The translations under genes and the position numbers were made by a program. This document shows positions 1-11,924 of a stretch of DNA of 64,000 bases, one piece after another. Each line of letters opens with the position of its first letter. Position 1 is the stretch's first letter. This DNA comes from the human T2T-CHM13v2.0 reference genome, Homo sapiens, in assembly GCF_009914755.1 (NCBI RefSeq), contig NC_060928.1; one strand, given 5' to 3'. Under the pieces are notes generated by a model, which saw only the letters and a list, made by a program, of their open reading frames with translations, had not been told where the DNA came from and searched no databases.

Positions 1-3000
1 ACCTCTGGGGTTCTCTAGGTATAGAATCATATTATCTACAAACAGATGATTCTGATTTTTCTCTTGCCTGATTACTCTGGCTAGGAATTCCAGTACTATG
101 TTGAATAGAAGTGGTGAGATAGGGCGTCCTTGTCTTGTGCCAGTTCTCAAGGAGAATGCTTCCAGCTTTTGCCCATTCAGTATGATGTCAGCTGTGGGTT
201 TGTCATAGGTGACTGTCATTATTTTGAGGTATGTTTCTTTAATGTCTAGTTTATTGAGAGCTTTCAACATGAAGGGATCCTGATTTCTATTGAAAGACTT
301 CTGCATCTACTGAGATAATCATGTGGGTTTTGGTTTTAGTTCTGTTTATGTGATGAATCACATTATTGATTTGTGTTTGTTGAACCACCCTTACATCTCA
401 GGAATAAAGCCTACTTGATTTTGATGGATGAGCTTTTTGATGTGCTGATGGATTTCGTTTGCCAGTACTTTGTTGAGGATTTTTTAAAATCTATGTTCAC
501 CAAGGATATTGGCCTAAGGTTTTCTTTTTTTGCTGTGTCTGATAGCAGATTTTGGTATCAGAGTGATGCTGGCCTCATAGAATGAGTTAGTGAGGAGTCC
601 TTCTCCCTCAATTTTTGGAATAGTTTCAGCAGGAATGGTACCAGATATTTTTTGTACAACTGTTGCTGTGAAAGTATTCAGCTGTTAATTTATTTGGTCC
701 TGGGCTTTTTCTGGTTGGTAGGTTTTTTCCTTACTGATTCAATTTTGGAACTCATTATTGGTCTGTTCAGGGATTCAGCTTCTTCTGGTTCAATCTTGGG
801 AGGTTTTATGTTTATAGAAATTTATCTATTTCTTCTAGGTTTTCTAGTTTTTGTGCTTGTAGGTGTTTATAGTAGTCTCTGAGGGTTTTTGTATTTCTGT
901 GGGATTTGGTGATAAAGTACCCTTTGCTATTTTGGATTGTGTTCATTTAAATCTCTCTTTTTTCTTTATTAGTCTAGCTAGAAGTCTCTCCATCTTACTT
1001 ATTCTTTCCAAAAACAAACTCCTGGATTCATTGACCTTGTGTATGGTTTTTTGCATCTCCATTTCTTTCCATTCAGCTCTAATGTTGGTTACATTGATAT
1101 GGGCATTTAGTGCTATAAACTTCCCTCTTAACACCACTTTAGTTATGCCCCAAAGATTCTTATATGTTGTATGTTTGTTCTCATTAGTTTCAAAGAATTT
1201 AATTTCTGTTTTAATTTTATTATTTACCTTAAAGTCATTCAGGAGCAGGTTGTTCAATTTCCATATAATTGCATTTTTAAAATTATTTTCTTAGTATTGG
1301 TTTCAATTTTTATTTTACTGTGGTCTGAGAATGAGTTTGGTATGATCTGGGTTTTTTTTGAATTTGCTAAGGATTGTTTTATGGCTATTTATGTAGTTAA
1401 TTTTAGAGTATGTGCCATGTGCAGATGACAAGAATGTATACTCTGTTGTTTTTGGGTAGAGAGTTGTGTAGATATTTGTTAGGCCCATTTAGTCAAGTGT
1501 CAATTTCAGATCCTGATTATCTTTGTTAGTTTTCTGCCTCATTGATCTGTCTAATACTGTCAGTGGGGTGTTGAAGTCTCCCTCTATTATTCTGTGATTG
1601 TCTAAGACTCTTTGTACGTCTCTAAGAACTTGCTTTATCAATCTGGGTGCTCCTGTCTTTGATGCATACATATTTAGCATAGTTAGATCTTGTTGAATTG
1701 AACTCTTTACCATTATGTAATGCCCATTTTTGTCTCCTTTTATTTATTTAAAGGCTGTTTTGACTGAAGTTAAAATAGCAACCTCTGCTTTTTGTTTATT
1801 TGCTTGTTTTCCATTTGCTTGGTAGATTTTTCTCCATCCTTTAACTTTGAGCCTATGGGTGTCATTGCATGTGAGATGGATCTCTTGAAGATAGCATACA
1901 GTTGGGCCTTGCGTTTCTATCCAAATTACCACTCTGTGCCTTTTAATTAAGGCATTTAGCCCATTTACATTCAAGGTTAATATTGATATGTGTAGATTTG
2001 ATCCTGCAATCACATTATTAGCTGGTTATTATGCAGATTTGGTTGTGTGGTTGCTTCATAGTGTCAATGGTCTGTAGACTTAAGTAAGTTTTTGTGGTGG
2101 CTGGTAATGGTCTTTTGTTTTTATATTTAGCACTCTCTTAAGGACCTCTTGTAAGGCAGGTCTGATGGTAACAAATTCCCTTAGCATTTGCTTGTTTGAA
2201 AAGGATTTTTCTTTCTCCTTTGCTCGTGGAACTTAGTTTGGCTGGATATGAAATTCATGGTTGGAGTTTCTTTTATTTAAGAATGTTTAATATAGTCCCC
2301 CAATCTCTTCTGGTTTGTAGGTTTCTGCTGAAAATGTGCTGTTACCCTGATGGGTTTCCCTTTATAGGTAACCTGTTCCTTTTTTCCAGCTGCCTTTTAT
2401 ATATATATATATTTTTTCATGTCGATCTTGAAGAATCTGATGATTATATATCCTGGGAATGGTATCTTATATAGTAACTTGCAGGGGTTCTCTGAATTTC
2501 CTGTATTAGAATGTTGGTCTTTCTAGTGAGGTTGGGGAAATTTTTGTGCATGATATCTTCAGATATGTTTTCCAACTTGCTTGTTTTCTCTCCCTCTCTT
2601 TCAAGGACACCAGTGAGTCATACACTTGGCCTCTTTACATGATCTCATATTTCTTAGAGATTTCATTCATTCTTTTTTATTCTTTTAAATTTGTTTTTAT
2701 CTGGCTGAGTTAGTTCAGAGAACCTATTTTTGAGCTGTGAGATTCTTTCCTCAGCTTGGTCTATTCTGCTGTTAATACTTGCAACTGTATTACAAAATTA
2801 TTGTACTCTTTTTCAGCTGTATCAGATCAGTTTGGTTCTTTCTTATAAAGTCCATTTCATATTTCAGCTCCTGCATTATTTTATTATAATCCTTCTATTT
2901 CTATGATTGAGTTTTGACTTTCTCCTGAATCTTGATGATCTTAGCTTTTATTCATATTCTGAATTTTATATCTGTCATTTCATCCATTTTAGTCTAATTA

Positions 3001-4244
3001 AGAAATTTTGCTGGGGGGCTAGTGTGGTCATTTGGAGGAAATAAGACAATCTGGCTTTTTGAGTTACCAGATTACAAGTTGCACTGGTTCTTTCTCATCT
3101 ATGTGGGCTGATGTTCCTTTAACGATGGTGGAGTAACTTGAGTATAGTCAGTTAAGTTCTTTTCTGGATGTTTTCAGAGGGCTGAGGCTTTGTGTAGGGT
3201 CGTATTTGTAGCTGAATTCTTATCCTGGCTTTCATGTTGTGGGGGGCATATTAGTAAAATATTTTCATGTTGAAGTTTGGGCTGTGACCCAGTAGATGGT
3301 GCTTAAATTTAATGGCCAGTAGATAGGCCCTTGCTCAGCTACATTGCTCCTCTGTGTTTCCTCATGCTTGCAACCATGCTCCCTCTCAGTATTCTGAAAG
3401 TGTGGGCTCCTTGCCCCATTGAGTTCTGGCTGCAGATATTGGCTTGGCACTCCTGGGCTGCACACCACAGCTGTGGGGTGAAGCTCAGGCTTTATGCTCA
3501 CTCTCCAGCTTGGAGGCAGCAGGGGAAGAAATCTTGGCTGTCATTGTAGCAGAGGTCCTTTTACTTGTCTCTTGGGGCTCCACCAGAGAATTGCAGAGCC
3601 ACTACCAATTGACATGATTGGCTTGGAGTAGGGTAGCTGTGTCGTGGGCTCAAGCCAAGATCCTCTGCCTGGTGATAAACCAGGGGAGGAGGGGGACATG
3701 AGGGAGAGAGACTGGCCTCTTCTTAGGGTAGCAGTGGCTTACTGGAGGTGCGGGTAAAGCTCACAGGATCTTTGTTCCTTCCCTAGCCCATGGGCAGTAG
3801 GGGTAGTGGCAAAGAGGCTTTCAGTTGCCTCTGGGAGGTCCACCTCAGAGAAATGCAGAGTCACTCATGTGCCTGAGTGGAAGCTTTGCTAAGACTCCAC
3901 ATACATTTTCATGTCAATCTGGAATCCCCAGAGTGAAGGGTAATGGAATTATTGGAGGATTTTCTGAGCCTAGAGTTGCAAAGGTTCATGGCATAAGTGT
4001 GGGTCCCTGGGAACTCTCACTCAGCATTTCACCACAGTGGGGAGCCTCCCTTGGCTCCACACAACTCCCAGGTCAAAGGTTATCCTGTCTTGCTCTTCTC
4101 CATTCCCTGTGGGTTGCATTGCTTTCTTGATGATTCCCAGTGTGTCCACCTGGATGATCCAATTGAAGAGTTAGTGCTGACTCACCATTCTTTCTTCTCT
4201 CCATGAGAGTGGTGTACACTAGCTTCTCTCAGTCAGCCATCTTG
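1..4244 (-). mobile_element. Older primate LINE-1 (L1PA13-16/L1PB-like): 5'UTR, ORF1 and 5' part of ORF2, degraded, runs off window start
   Basis: Minus-strand ORF fragments are L1 ORF2 endonuclease ([20 protein letters not shown]..., [20 protein letters not shown]). The 5' end reads CAAGATGGCTGACT on - strand at about 4244. Internal deletion near 1090. Confidence 0.9.
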
Positions 4245-4321
4245 ATGGGAATTTATTGTTGTCATTTCAAGATTATATACAATTTAAGATGTGTGTGAAT
4301 GCCATGCTGACAGGAATGTAC

Positions 4322-5030
4322 TATGATGGTTAGTTTTATGCGTCACCTAGGCCAGGCTATAGTGCCCAGCTATTCAATTAAAGTAGGTGCTATGATCTGA
4401 GCATGCCCTGCAAAGTATACATTTTGGAAACTTAACTTAATCTTCAATGCAATAGTACTGGGAAGTGAGATCTTTAAGAGGTGATTAGACCATGAGGGCT
4501 CTGCCTTCATGAATGGATTAATGCCATTATTGTGGATGTAGGTTAGTTACTATGTGGGTGGTCTCCTGATAAATTCAGCCCCCCTTTTCTCTGTTCTGTG
4601 CTTGCTTCTGCCTTCTACCTTTGGATGACCCTCTTTAGATGTTGGCACCATGCTTTTGGACTTCCCAGCCTCCAGAACTGTGAGCCAAGTAAACTTTTAT
4701 TGTTCATAAATTACCTAGTTGGTGGTATTCTGTTATAGCAGCAGAAAATGGACTAAGACACAAGGTGTTGCTGTGAAAGTATTTTGTAGATGTGGTTTAC
4801 ATCTGCCATCAGTTGACTTTAAGTAAAGGAGATGATCTTCAACAAAGTAGGTGGGACTCATCTACCCTGTTGAAAGGCTTTAAGAGTAAAACTGAAGTTT
4901 CCCCAGTGAAAAAGTAATTCTACCTGCAGATCATAGCATTGGCTCCTGCTCTAGAGTTGCTAGCATGCCAGTCTGCCTTACATATTTCTAACTTGCATAG
5001 TCAGATCTCACAATCATAAAGAATGCATAA
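4322..5030 (+). mobile_element. MLT2-type (ERVL) LTR, interrupted by an MST LTR
   Basis: TATGATGGTTAGTTTTATGCGTCA start; resumes after 4760 with GTTGCTGTGAAAGTATTTTGTAGATGTG, resembling MLT2 consensus. End approximate. Confidence 0.65.
4388..4760 (+). mobile_element. MST-type MaLR solo LTR nested in MLT2
   Basis: TGCTATG start and TGTTATAGCAGCAGAAAATGGACTAAGACA end, typical of MST/MLT1A LTRs. Confidence 0.75.
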
Positions 5031-5155
5031 TCAAATTACAAACAATAGCTTTTTTTTATTAGGGATACCAATATACTGCAGGAATTTTGTTAGAGTGATA
5101 AACAAACATTACCTGAATTCATGCTGAGACCAGCTTGCCCACGTTGGGCGCCACT

Positions 5156-5660
5156 TGCCAAGACCAGCTCAGTCGAGGAGACCCTAACCCAGCAACACTG
5201 GAGGAATTAAAGACACACACACAGAAATATAGAGGTGTGGAGTGGGAAATCAGGGGTCTCACAGCCTTCAAAGCTGAGAGTCTTGAACAGAGATTTACCC
5301 ACATATTTATTGACAGCAAGCCAGTGATAAGCATTGTTTCTATAGATTATAGATTAACTAAAAGTATTCCTTATGGGAGACAAAGGGATGGGCTGAAATA
5401 AAAGGATGGGCTCTGGCTAGTTATCTCCAGTAGGAGCATGTCCTTAAGGCACAGATCACTCATGCTATTGTTTGTGGTTTAAGAATGCCTTTAAGTGGTT
5501 TTCCCCTCTGGGTGGGAGAGGTGTTCCTTGCCCTCATTCTGGTAAACCCACAACCTTCCAGTGTGGGCATCATGGCCATCATGAACCTGTCACAGAGATT
5601 TTGTTTATGGCCAGTTTTGGGGCCAGTTTATGGCCAGATTTTTGGGGCCTATTCCCAACA
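5156..5660 (-). mobile_element. 3' LTR (MER9)
   Basis: On - strand TGTTGGGAATAGGCCCC...GAGCTGGTCTTGGCA; preceded by polypurine tract AAAGAAGGGGGA (about 5663-5674). Confidence 0.92.
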
Positions 5661-5669
5661 TGTCCCCCT

Positions 5670-6686
5670 TCTTTGATTTGCAAAGCGATAAAAGCAAAGG
5701 CAGCTTTGCCATGGTGAGCTACTTCTAGCAGGAGTCGGGATCCACATCTGCAGACTATACAAAGACAAACAAAACGGATTAAAAGCACAGTCATCATTGA
5801 AATTACAGAGCTTCCAAGTGTTTTTGTCCATTTTAATGGGTTAATAGCTGCTAATCTGTCTGCAGCTCCTTCAAGCACTCTGGTTCCTGGCATTAAGGTC
5901 AGGTGTGCCTGGGATGCTTTAAATATTTATTCTTTTAATTTTGCAATATTCAAAAACAAGTTTGTAGAGTGTCCTTCTAGATGCTTTTTTATTCTTTCCC
6001 AAATTTTGTTCTTACTAAGAGCTATTAATAGTTTCCACAAATCCTTGTATTTAGCTCCTACAATGGGCCATATCATTTGAGGTTGAGGTGCCACTATACC
6101 ACCATGTTTCCAGATACAGATAACAGGAACTCTTGCTGTGCTTCTTACCATTTCTACCATCTGACCATTTTGTTCAGACCAGCTGAACATAGTATGACCA
6201 TGGCATGCAGTCTGAGAGGTGCAATTTAAGCTAAACATCCCCTTAGGGGACGAATTAATAGTGTTTCCATAGGAATCATCGTGCAGCACCTCTGTCTGTT
6301 CTGCAATGCGATCTTCCTAAACAAGTACGTTCATATTTTCTGGCCAGTTTCAATTTTATTTACAAATAGGTTTTTGAGGGTGGTATGCCTCAATTATAGG
6401 AGCAGATTTATTATGGTAAATACTGAGATCAGAAAGCATGTGTAACTGTGTCATAGAATGATTACATCCAGGCATTATTGCCAGCCAAGATTGATAAATA
6501 TGCTGAATAAGTATAATTGTTCTCTGTGTCAGCCCTTGTTGAAGGAATACTCATGGCAGTGATGATCACTGCTATCATAGCTACCGTTAAATTGCTCATT
6601 GTGACTGGTTGTCCCACTTTCCTCAGGTTTTCTTCCACCATCTGTGACAGCTTCTTGATCTTCCCCAGGTGGGTTGCTGTGTTCAA
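5670..6686 (-). pseudogene. env: HML-3 env remnant (leader/SU start joined to TM C-terminus, large deletions)
   Basis: ORF fragments 6462-6686 (..VAMIAVIITAMSIPSTRA..), 5927-6289 and 5579-5893 (hydrophobic TM segment) lie between integrase and the PPT. Confidence 0.7.
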
Positions 6687-6699
6687 TGGGTGTTGCTCA

Positions 6700-8210
6700 T
6701 GATAGCTGGGGTCCTCCTCAGTGTCAGTCTCAATGTGGCTGCCACTGGGGGGTCCTTGGGATCCTCCCAGAATCTCTTCCTCGGCAACTGGGTCATAAGG
6801 TTTTCAGGTGTCTTGATGTTTTCCAAATCTGCTGTTGATTTTGGCCTGGAGAAACACAAGCATAACCTCTACCCCAAATTATTTACCTATTTCCCAACTT
6901 TTTGTTATTGGATCTCTCCACCAAACCAGTTGTTCTGCTTCTGTCTTTGCAGCTGGTTTCTGTAGATGCTGTTCAGCTGCTAATAACATCTGGCCTTTGG
7001 GCAGGCTCAAAAAATTTAAACTTAATAATGCTTGATTCAGTTGCATCTGCAGTGTTCCATAGTTGCTGTTTTCTCCTGTCTGCTTTTGCAACTGCTGTTA
7101 TAGGGAGAGATTTATTCTTTCCACTATGCCTTGTCCTTGAGAATTATATGGGATACGAGTGATTGCTTAATATTCCATATAGAGAAAAATGTAGCTAAAT
7201 ATTGGCTAGTATAGCCTGGGGCATTATCTGTTTTAATAGAAGCTGGAATGCCCATCACTGCAAAACACTGCAAAAGGTGACATTTAACACAGGCAGAAGA
7301 CTCTCCTGATTGGCATGTAGCCCAGACAAAGTGAGAAAAGGTGTCCACACATACGTGTACATAAGCTAGTCTCCCAAATGAGGAAACATGTATGACATCC
7401 ATTTGCCAAAGAGAATTAGGTTCCAATCCTCAAGGATTAACTCTCCTGTAAAAGATGAGGAATGTACCATTTGGCAAGTTGGGCATTGCTGGATAATAGC
7501 TTTAGCTTCTTTCCAGGTAATGCTGTATCTGAGTTTGAGACCAGTGACATTAACATGGATTAAATTGTGAAAATGTCTAGCATTAGATATTGCATTAGCA
7601 ACTAGGCGATCAGTCATTTGATTCCCTTCAGTCAAAGGTCATGGAAGAGGTGTATAAGCCCTAATGTGAGTGATATAAAAAGGGTTCATTTTACTCCTAA
7701 CTGCTGTTTGCAATTGGGTAAATAAAGTCATCAGTTGTTCATCTGTATGAAATCATAACTGAGCATTTTCAATTAACTGTGTGGAATTAACCATGTATGA
7801 AGAATCAGAAATCACGTTAATGGGCATATCAACAGCAGTCAATACCTCAATTACAGCTACAAGCTCTGTTTTTTGAGCTGAAGTATAGGGCGTCTGAAAA
7901 ACTTTACCTTTTGAGCCAGAATAAGAAGCTTTACCATTACTAGACCCATCTGTAAAACAATGAAAACACTTAGCAGGCTGCAGATTGTTTACCGCAGGAA
8001 TTGTAAATGCAAACCTGTTCACAGTCTTGCTCAGCTAAGCGGCTAGTAAAGAAACAGTCTTTTAAATCTATGACTATTAAAGGCCAATTTTAAGTCCTCT
8101 AAAGCCTCCAGTTTCTCTTTACTCAGTGGCCATTGTTTTATCTAAATTGGCTTATATGTTAACCATTTTAAAGGTATAGGTACTGGAGGCTTAACAATAG
8201 CCATCATCAA
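6700..8210 (-). pseudogene. pol: HML-3 pol remnant (truncated RT, RNase H, integrase)
   Basis: [10 protein letters not shown] (RT) fused to CFTDGSSNGK (RNase H); integrase HHCC (HFHNLIH..CPTC) and WQMD / KTDNAPGY motifs; frameshifts. Ends approximate. Confidence 0.88.
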
Positions 8211-8220
8211 AAATGATATC

Positions 8221-9060
8221 CTAAACCTTGGCAGGAACTTTGTCTTTCTGCTTGAAGTGGTCTTTCAAACCTTGCAAATTTTTTCCTAGTCCCATACCAG
8301 GGACATACCCCATTTCATGCATCATATGCTGACTTTGAGGGCTATATAATTGTTCAGGAATTAGAACTTGTGCTCCCCATTGCTGTAATAAATCTCTCCC
8401 CCATAAATTTATAGGTACAGAAGTTATAATTGGTTGAATATTCCCAGGTAGTCCATCAGGCCCTTCACAATGCAAAATATAACTACTCTGATATACCTCA
8501 GGGGCTTTACCAACTCCAACTATGTTAAATTGAGTGGGTTGAATTGGCCACATGGACAGCCAGTGCTGTAGAGAAATGATTGAAATGTCTGCTCCTGTAT
8601 CTACCAAACCTTTAAAATTTTTTCCCTGAATAGTTATTTCACAGGTAGGACGTTTATCAGTAATTTGATTTACCCAATAAGCTGCTTTGCCTTGTTTATT
8701 TGTGCTTCCAAATCCTCCTGTTTGTTTAATTTCACTTTTCCCCATTTCTACATATGGCACAATCAGGAGCTGTGCTATGCGCTCTCCTGGCTCTGCTTTC
8801 CAGGGAACGGAAATAGATATAACAATTTGAATTTCCCCATTGTAATCTGAATCAATGACTCTTGTATGTATTTGTACCCCTTTTAAATTTAAACTAGACC
8901 TTCCTAAAAGTAATCCTATGGTCCCTGTTGGCAAGGGTCCACAGACCCCTGTTGAGACCTTTTGCAGGGGTTCCCCAGGCAAAAGGCTCACAGCTTTTGT
9001 GCAGTGTAAATCTACTGTAGCACTACTGGCTGTGGTGGCGGACAGACATTGTATAGGGGT
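8221..9060 (-). pseudogene. pro: HML-3 pro: dUTPase, aspartic protease and G-patch
   Basis: 256-aa ORF with GRSSL, VIDSDYNGEI, GERIAQL, GGFGST (dUTPase), LVDTGADIS and NLWGRDLL (protease), MGYVPGMGLGK (G-patch). Confidence 0.92.
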
Positions 9061-10398
9061 GAGGGAATGGCCTGAGCTGGAAATGCCCTGGTTTGGAATG
9101 GGGCCCGGGACGGGCCCCTCTTGGTGTTTCCTGAAATCAGGTTCCCATCTTTATCAAACTTAGAGTGAAACTGATTAGCCCAGTGTTTTCCTTTTTTGTA
9201 GTTTGGACATATTTCAGGCTCAGCAGTTTTCCTTTTTCCCCTATCTGGCAGCCTGACTCACTGATTTTTTTTACATTCTTTTTTAATATGACCATGTTTC
9301 CCATAGTTAAAACAAGATCCAGGAAACAGAGTATTTCCTTTATCCACTCTCATTCCTGCCATTGCCGGTGCCAACAAAGTAGCTTTATGCAGATTACCTC
9401 CAATACCGTCACAGGCCTTGATATAATCAACTAAATGTGCTTTCCCTCTAATAGGTCACAGAGCAGCCTGGCAATTGGGATTAGCATTGTCAAAAGCTAA
9501 TAACTGCAACACTATATCCTGAGCAGCCGAATCTGCAATCACCTATTTAAGAGGCTCTTGTAACCAAGCTATAAAATCCATGTACAGTTCTTTTGGTCCC
9601 TGCTTTACAGCACTAAAGGAAGGATATGGTTCTCTACCTGAAGAGGTTTTTTTCCAAGCTCTAATGCACATTCCTCTAAGCTGTTCTATGGCATCATGCT
9701 GTGTGGCCACTTGTGCATCTAAACCAGCCCAGCTGCTGACCCCCAAAAGTTGGTCTGCAGTCAAATTAATTTGAGGTTGGGCCTGGGCATTGCAAGCAGC
9801 CTGAATGGAAGCTTCATCTGCCCACCAAGTTTTAAATTGTGGTAAGAACTAAGCAGGAGTTAGACAAGCTCGAGTAAGAGCATCCCAGTCAGTAGGAATC
9901 ATCTGACTGGAAACAGCAAAATTCTTTAACAGTCCCATTACAAAAGGAGAGCCTGGTCCTTACGGATTAATAGCTTGTTTAAATTCTTTGAGTAATTTAA
10001 AAGAAAAAGGCTCAAATGTAGCTATAATATTTCCCTGTTGATCTGGGGGTGTATTCTAACAGAGAACTGTGAAGCCTCTAAATTACCCTCTTGTCTAGCT
10101 TGCTGAATTCCTGCCTGAACAGAACTGAAAGTGCTCACTCGAGGCGCTGCTCGAACAGTCACTGGGGCAGCTACTTTTCGCTCAGTGTCCTCCAGAAAAG
10201 AAAGATCTGGAGGGTCAGGCCACTCTTTTTCTTCAAAATAATGAGGGAGTGCAGAAGGGTAGGGATGAACCTCTTCCTCCTTTGCAGCTTTAGCTTTAGC
10301 TGGCAAACAAGCCTGCTCTGCCACCTCTTTCTTTCCTCCTCATCATTGGTGTGAAAAGGTTCCAAGGTGGAATGAACCAGAGCTCACACTTGTCCCAT
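9060..10398 (-). pseudogene. gag: HML-3 gag remnant
   Basis: Capsid major-homology-like KQGPKELYMDFIAWLQE (ORF 9543-9764); two degenerate NC zinc knuckles near 9160-9315; frameshifted. Confidence 0.85.
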
Positions 10399-10527
10399 TG
10401 TTACCCTGATGCTTCTGAGCTCCCCTTCTTACTCACCACGGGGATTGCTTAAGAGAACTTGGGTGTCCTCCAGCTTAGTTCCACATTCTCCAACCATCTT
10501 TCTGGTGACCCTTTGACCCAGGTTCAA

Positions 10528-10546
10528 GCCCCCATATTGGGCACCG
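10528..10546 (-). promoter_or_regulatory. Primer-binding site (tRNA-Lys1,2 type), degenerate
   Basis: CGGTGCCCAATATGGGGGC follows the 5' LTR end (GGCA-AG); canonical is TGGCGCCCAACGTGGGGC. Confidence 0.85.
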
Positions 10547-10548
10547 CT

Positions 10549-10892
10549 TGCCGAGACCAGCTCGGTCAGGGAGACCCTAACCCAGTGGCACTAGAGAAAT
10601 TAAAGACACACACACAGAAATATAGAGGTGTGGAGTGGGAAATCAGGGGTCTCACAGCCTTCAGAGCTGAGAACCTTGAACAGAGATTTACCCATGTATT
10701 TATTGACAGCAAGACAGTGATCCAGTGATAAGCATTGTTTCTATAGATTATAGATTAACTAAAAGTATTCTTTATGGGAAACAAAGGATGGGCCAAAATA
10801 AAGGGATGGGCTTTGGCTAGTTATCTGCAGCAGGAGCATGTCCTTAAGGCACAGATCACTCATGCTATTGCTTGTGGTTTAAGAACACCTTT
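10549..10892 (-). mobile_element. 5' LTR (MER9), downstream part (3' U3-R-U5)
   Basis: Near-identical to 5156-5490; AATAAA on - strand at 10699-10704. Confidence 0.92.
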
Positions 10893-11166
10893 TGAGGGGG
10901 GTGGAGTCAAGATGGCTGAATGGGAACAGCTCCAGTCTACAGCTCCCAGCATGAGTGATGCAGAAGATGGGTGATTTCTGCATTTCCAACTGAGGTACCA
11001 GGTTCATCTCACTGGGGAGTGCCGGACACTGGGTGCAGGACAGTGGGTGCAGTGCACCGTGCATGAGCCAAAGCAGGGTGAGGCATCGCCTCAGCCGAGA
11101 AGTGCAAGGGGTCAGGGAATTCCCTTTCCTAGTCAAAGAAAGGGGTGACAGACAGCACCTGGAAAA

Positions 11167-11349
11167 TCAGGTCACTCCCACCCTAATACTGTGCTTTTCC
11201 AACAGGCTTAACAAATGGGACACCAGGAGATTATATCCCACACCTGGCTCAGAGGGCCCTACACCCACGGAGCCTCGCTCGTTGCTAGCACAGCAGTCTG
11301 AGATCAAACTGCAAGGCTGCAGCAAGGCTGCAGGAGGGGTGCCCGCCAT
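11167..11349 (-). CDS. L1 antisense ORF0 homolog, 60 aa (truncated relative to L1HS ORF0)
   Basis: MAGTPPAALLQPCSLISDCCASNERGSVGVGPSEPGVGY resembles primate L1 ORF0; real ATG; early TGA. Confidence 0.7.
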   Translation of the reverse strand: MAGTPPAALLQPCSLISDCCASNERGSVGVGPSEPGVGYNLLVSHLLSLLEKHSIRVGVT

Positions 11350-11924
11350 TGCTCAGGCTTAAGTAGGTAAACAAAGTGGCTGGGAAGCTCGAACTGGGTG
11401 GAGCCCACCACAGCTCAAGGAGGCCTGCCTGCCTCTGTAGGCTCCACCTCTGGGGGCAGGGCACAGACAAACAAAAGACAGCAATAACTTCTGCACACTT
11501 AAATGACCCCGTCTGACAGCTTTGAAGAGAGTAGTGGTTCTCCCAGCATGCAGCTTGAGATCTGAGAATGGGCAGACTGCCTCCTCAAGTGGGTCCCTGA
11601 CCCCTGAGTAGCCTAACTGGGAGGCACCCCCCAGTAGGGGCGGACTGACACCTCACAAGTCCGGATATTCCTCTGAGACAAAACTTCCAGAGGAAGGATC
11701 AGGCAGCAGCATTTGTGGTTCACCAATATCTGTTGTTCTGCAGCCACTGCTGCTGATACCCAGGCAAACAGGGTCTGGAGTGGACTTCCAGTAAACTCCA
11801 ACAGAACTACAGCTGAGGGTTCTGACTGTTAGAAGGAAAACTACCAAACAGAAAGGACATCCACACCAAAAACCCATCAGTACGTCACCATCATCAAAGA
11901 TGAAAGGTCGATAAAACCACAAAG

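Noticed and set aside
5138-5153. Perfect match to a tRNA-Lys 3' end suggesting a tRNA gene
   Set aside because: Only 16 nt, no cloverleaf or A/B boxes; it is a retroviral PBS copy.
5135-10728. Two similar 88-89 aa + strand ORFs (5135-5401 and 10459-10728) looking like a duplicated gene
   Set aside because: Antisense translations of the two MER9 LTRs.
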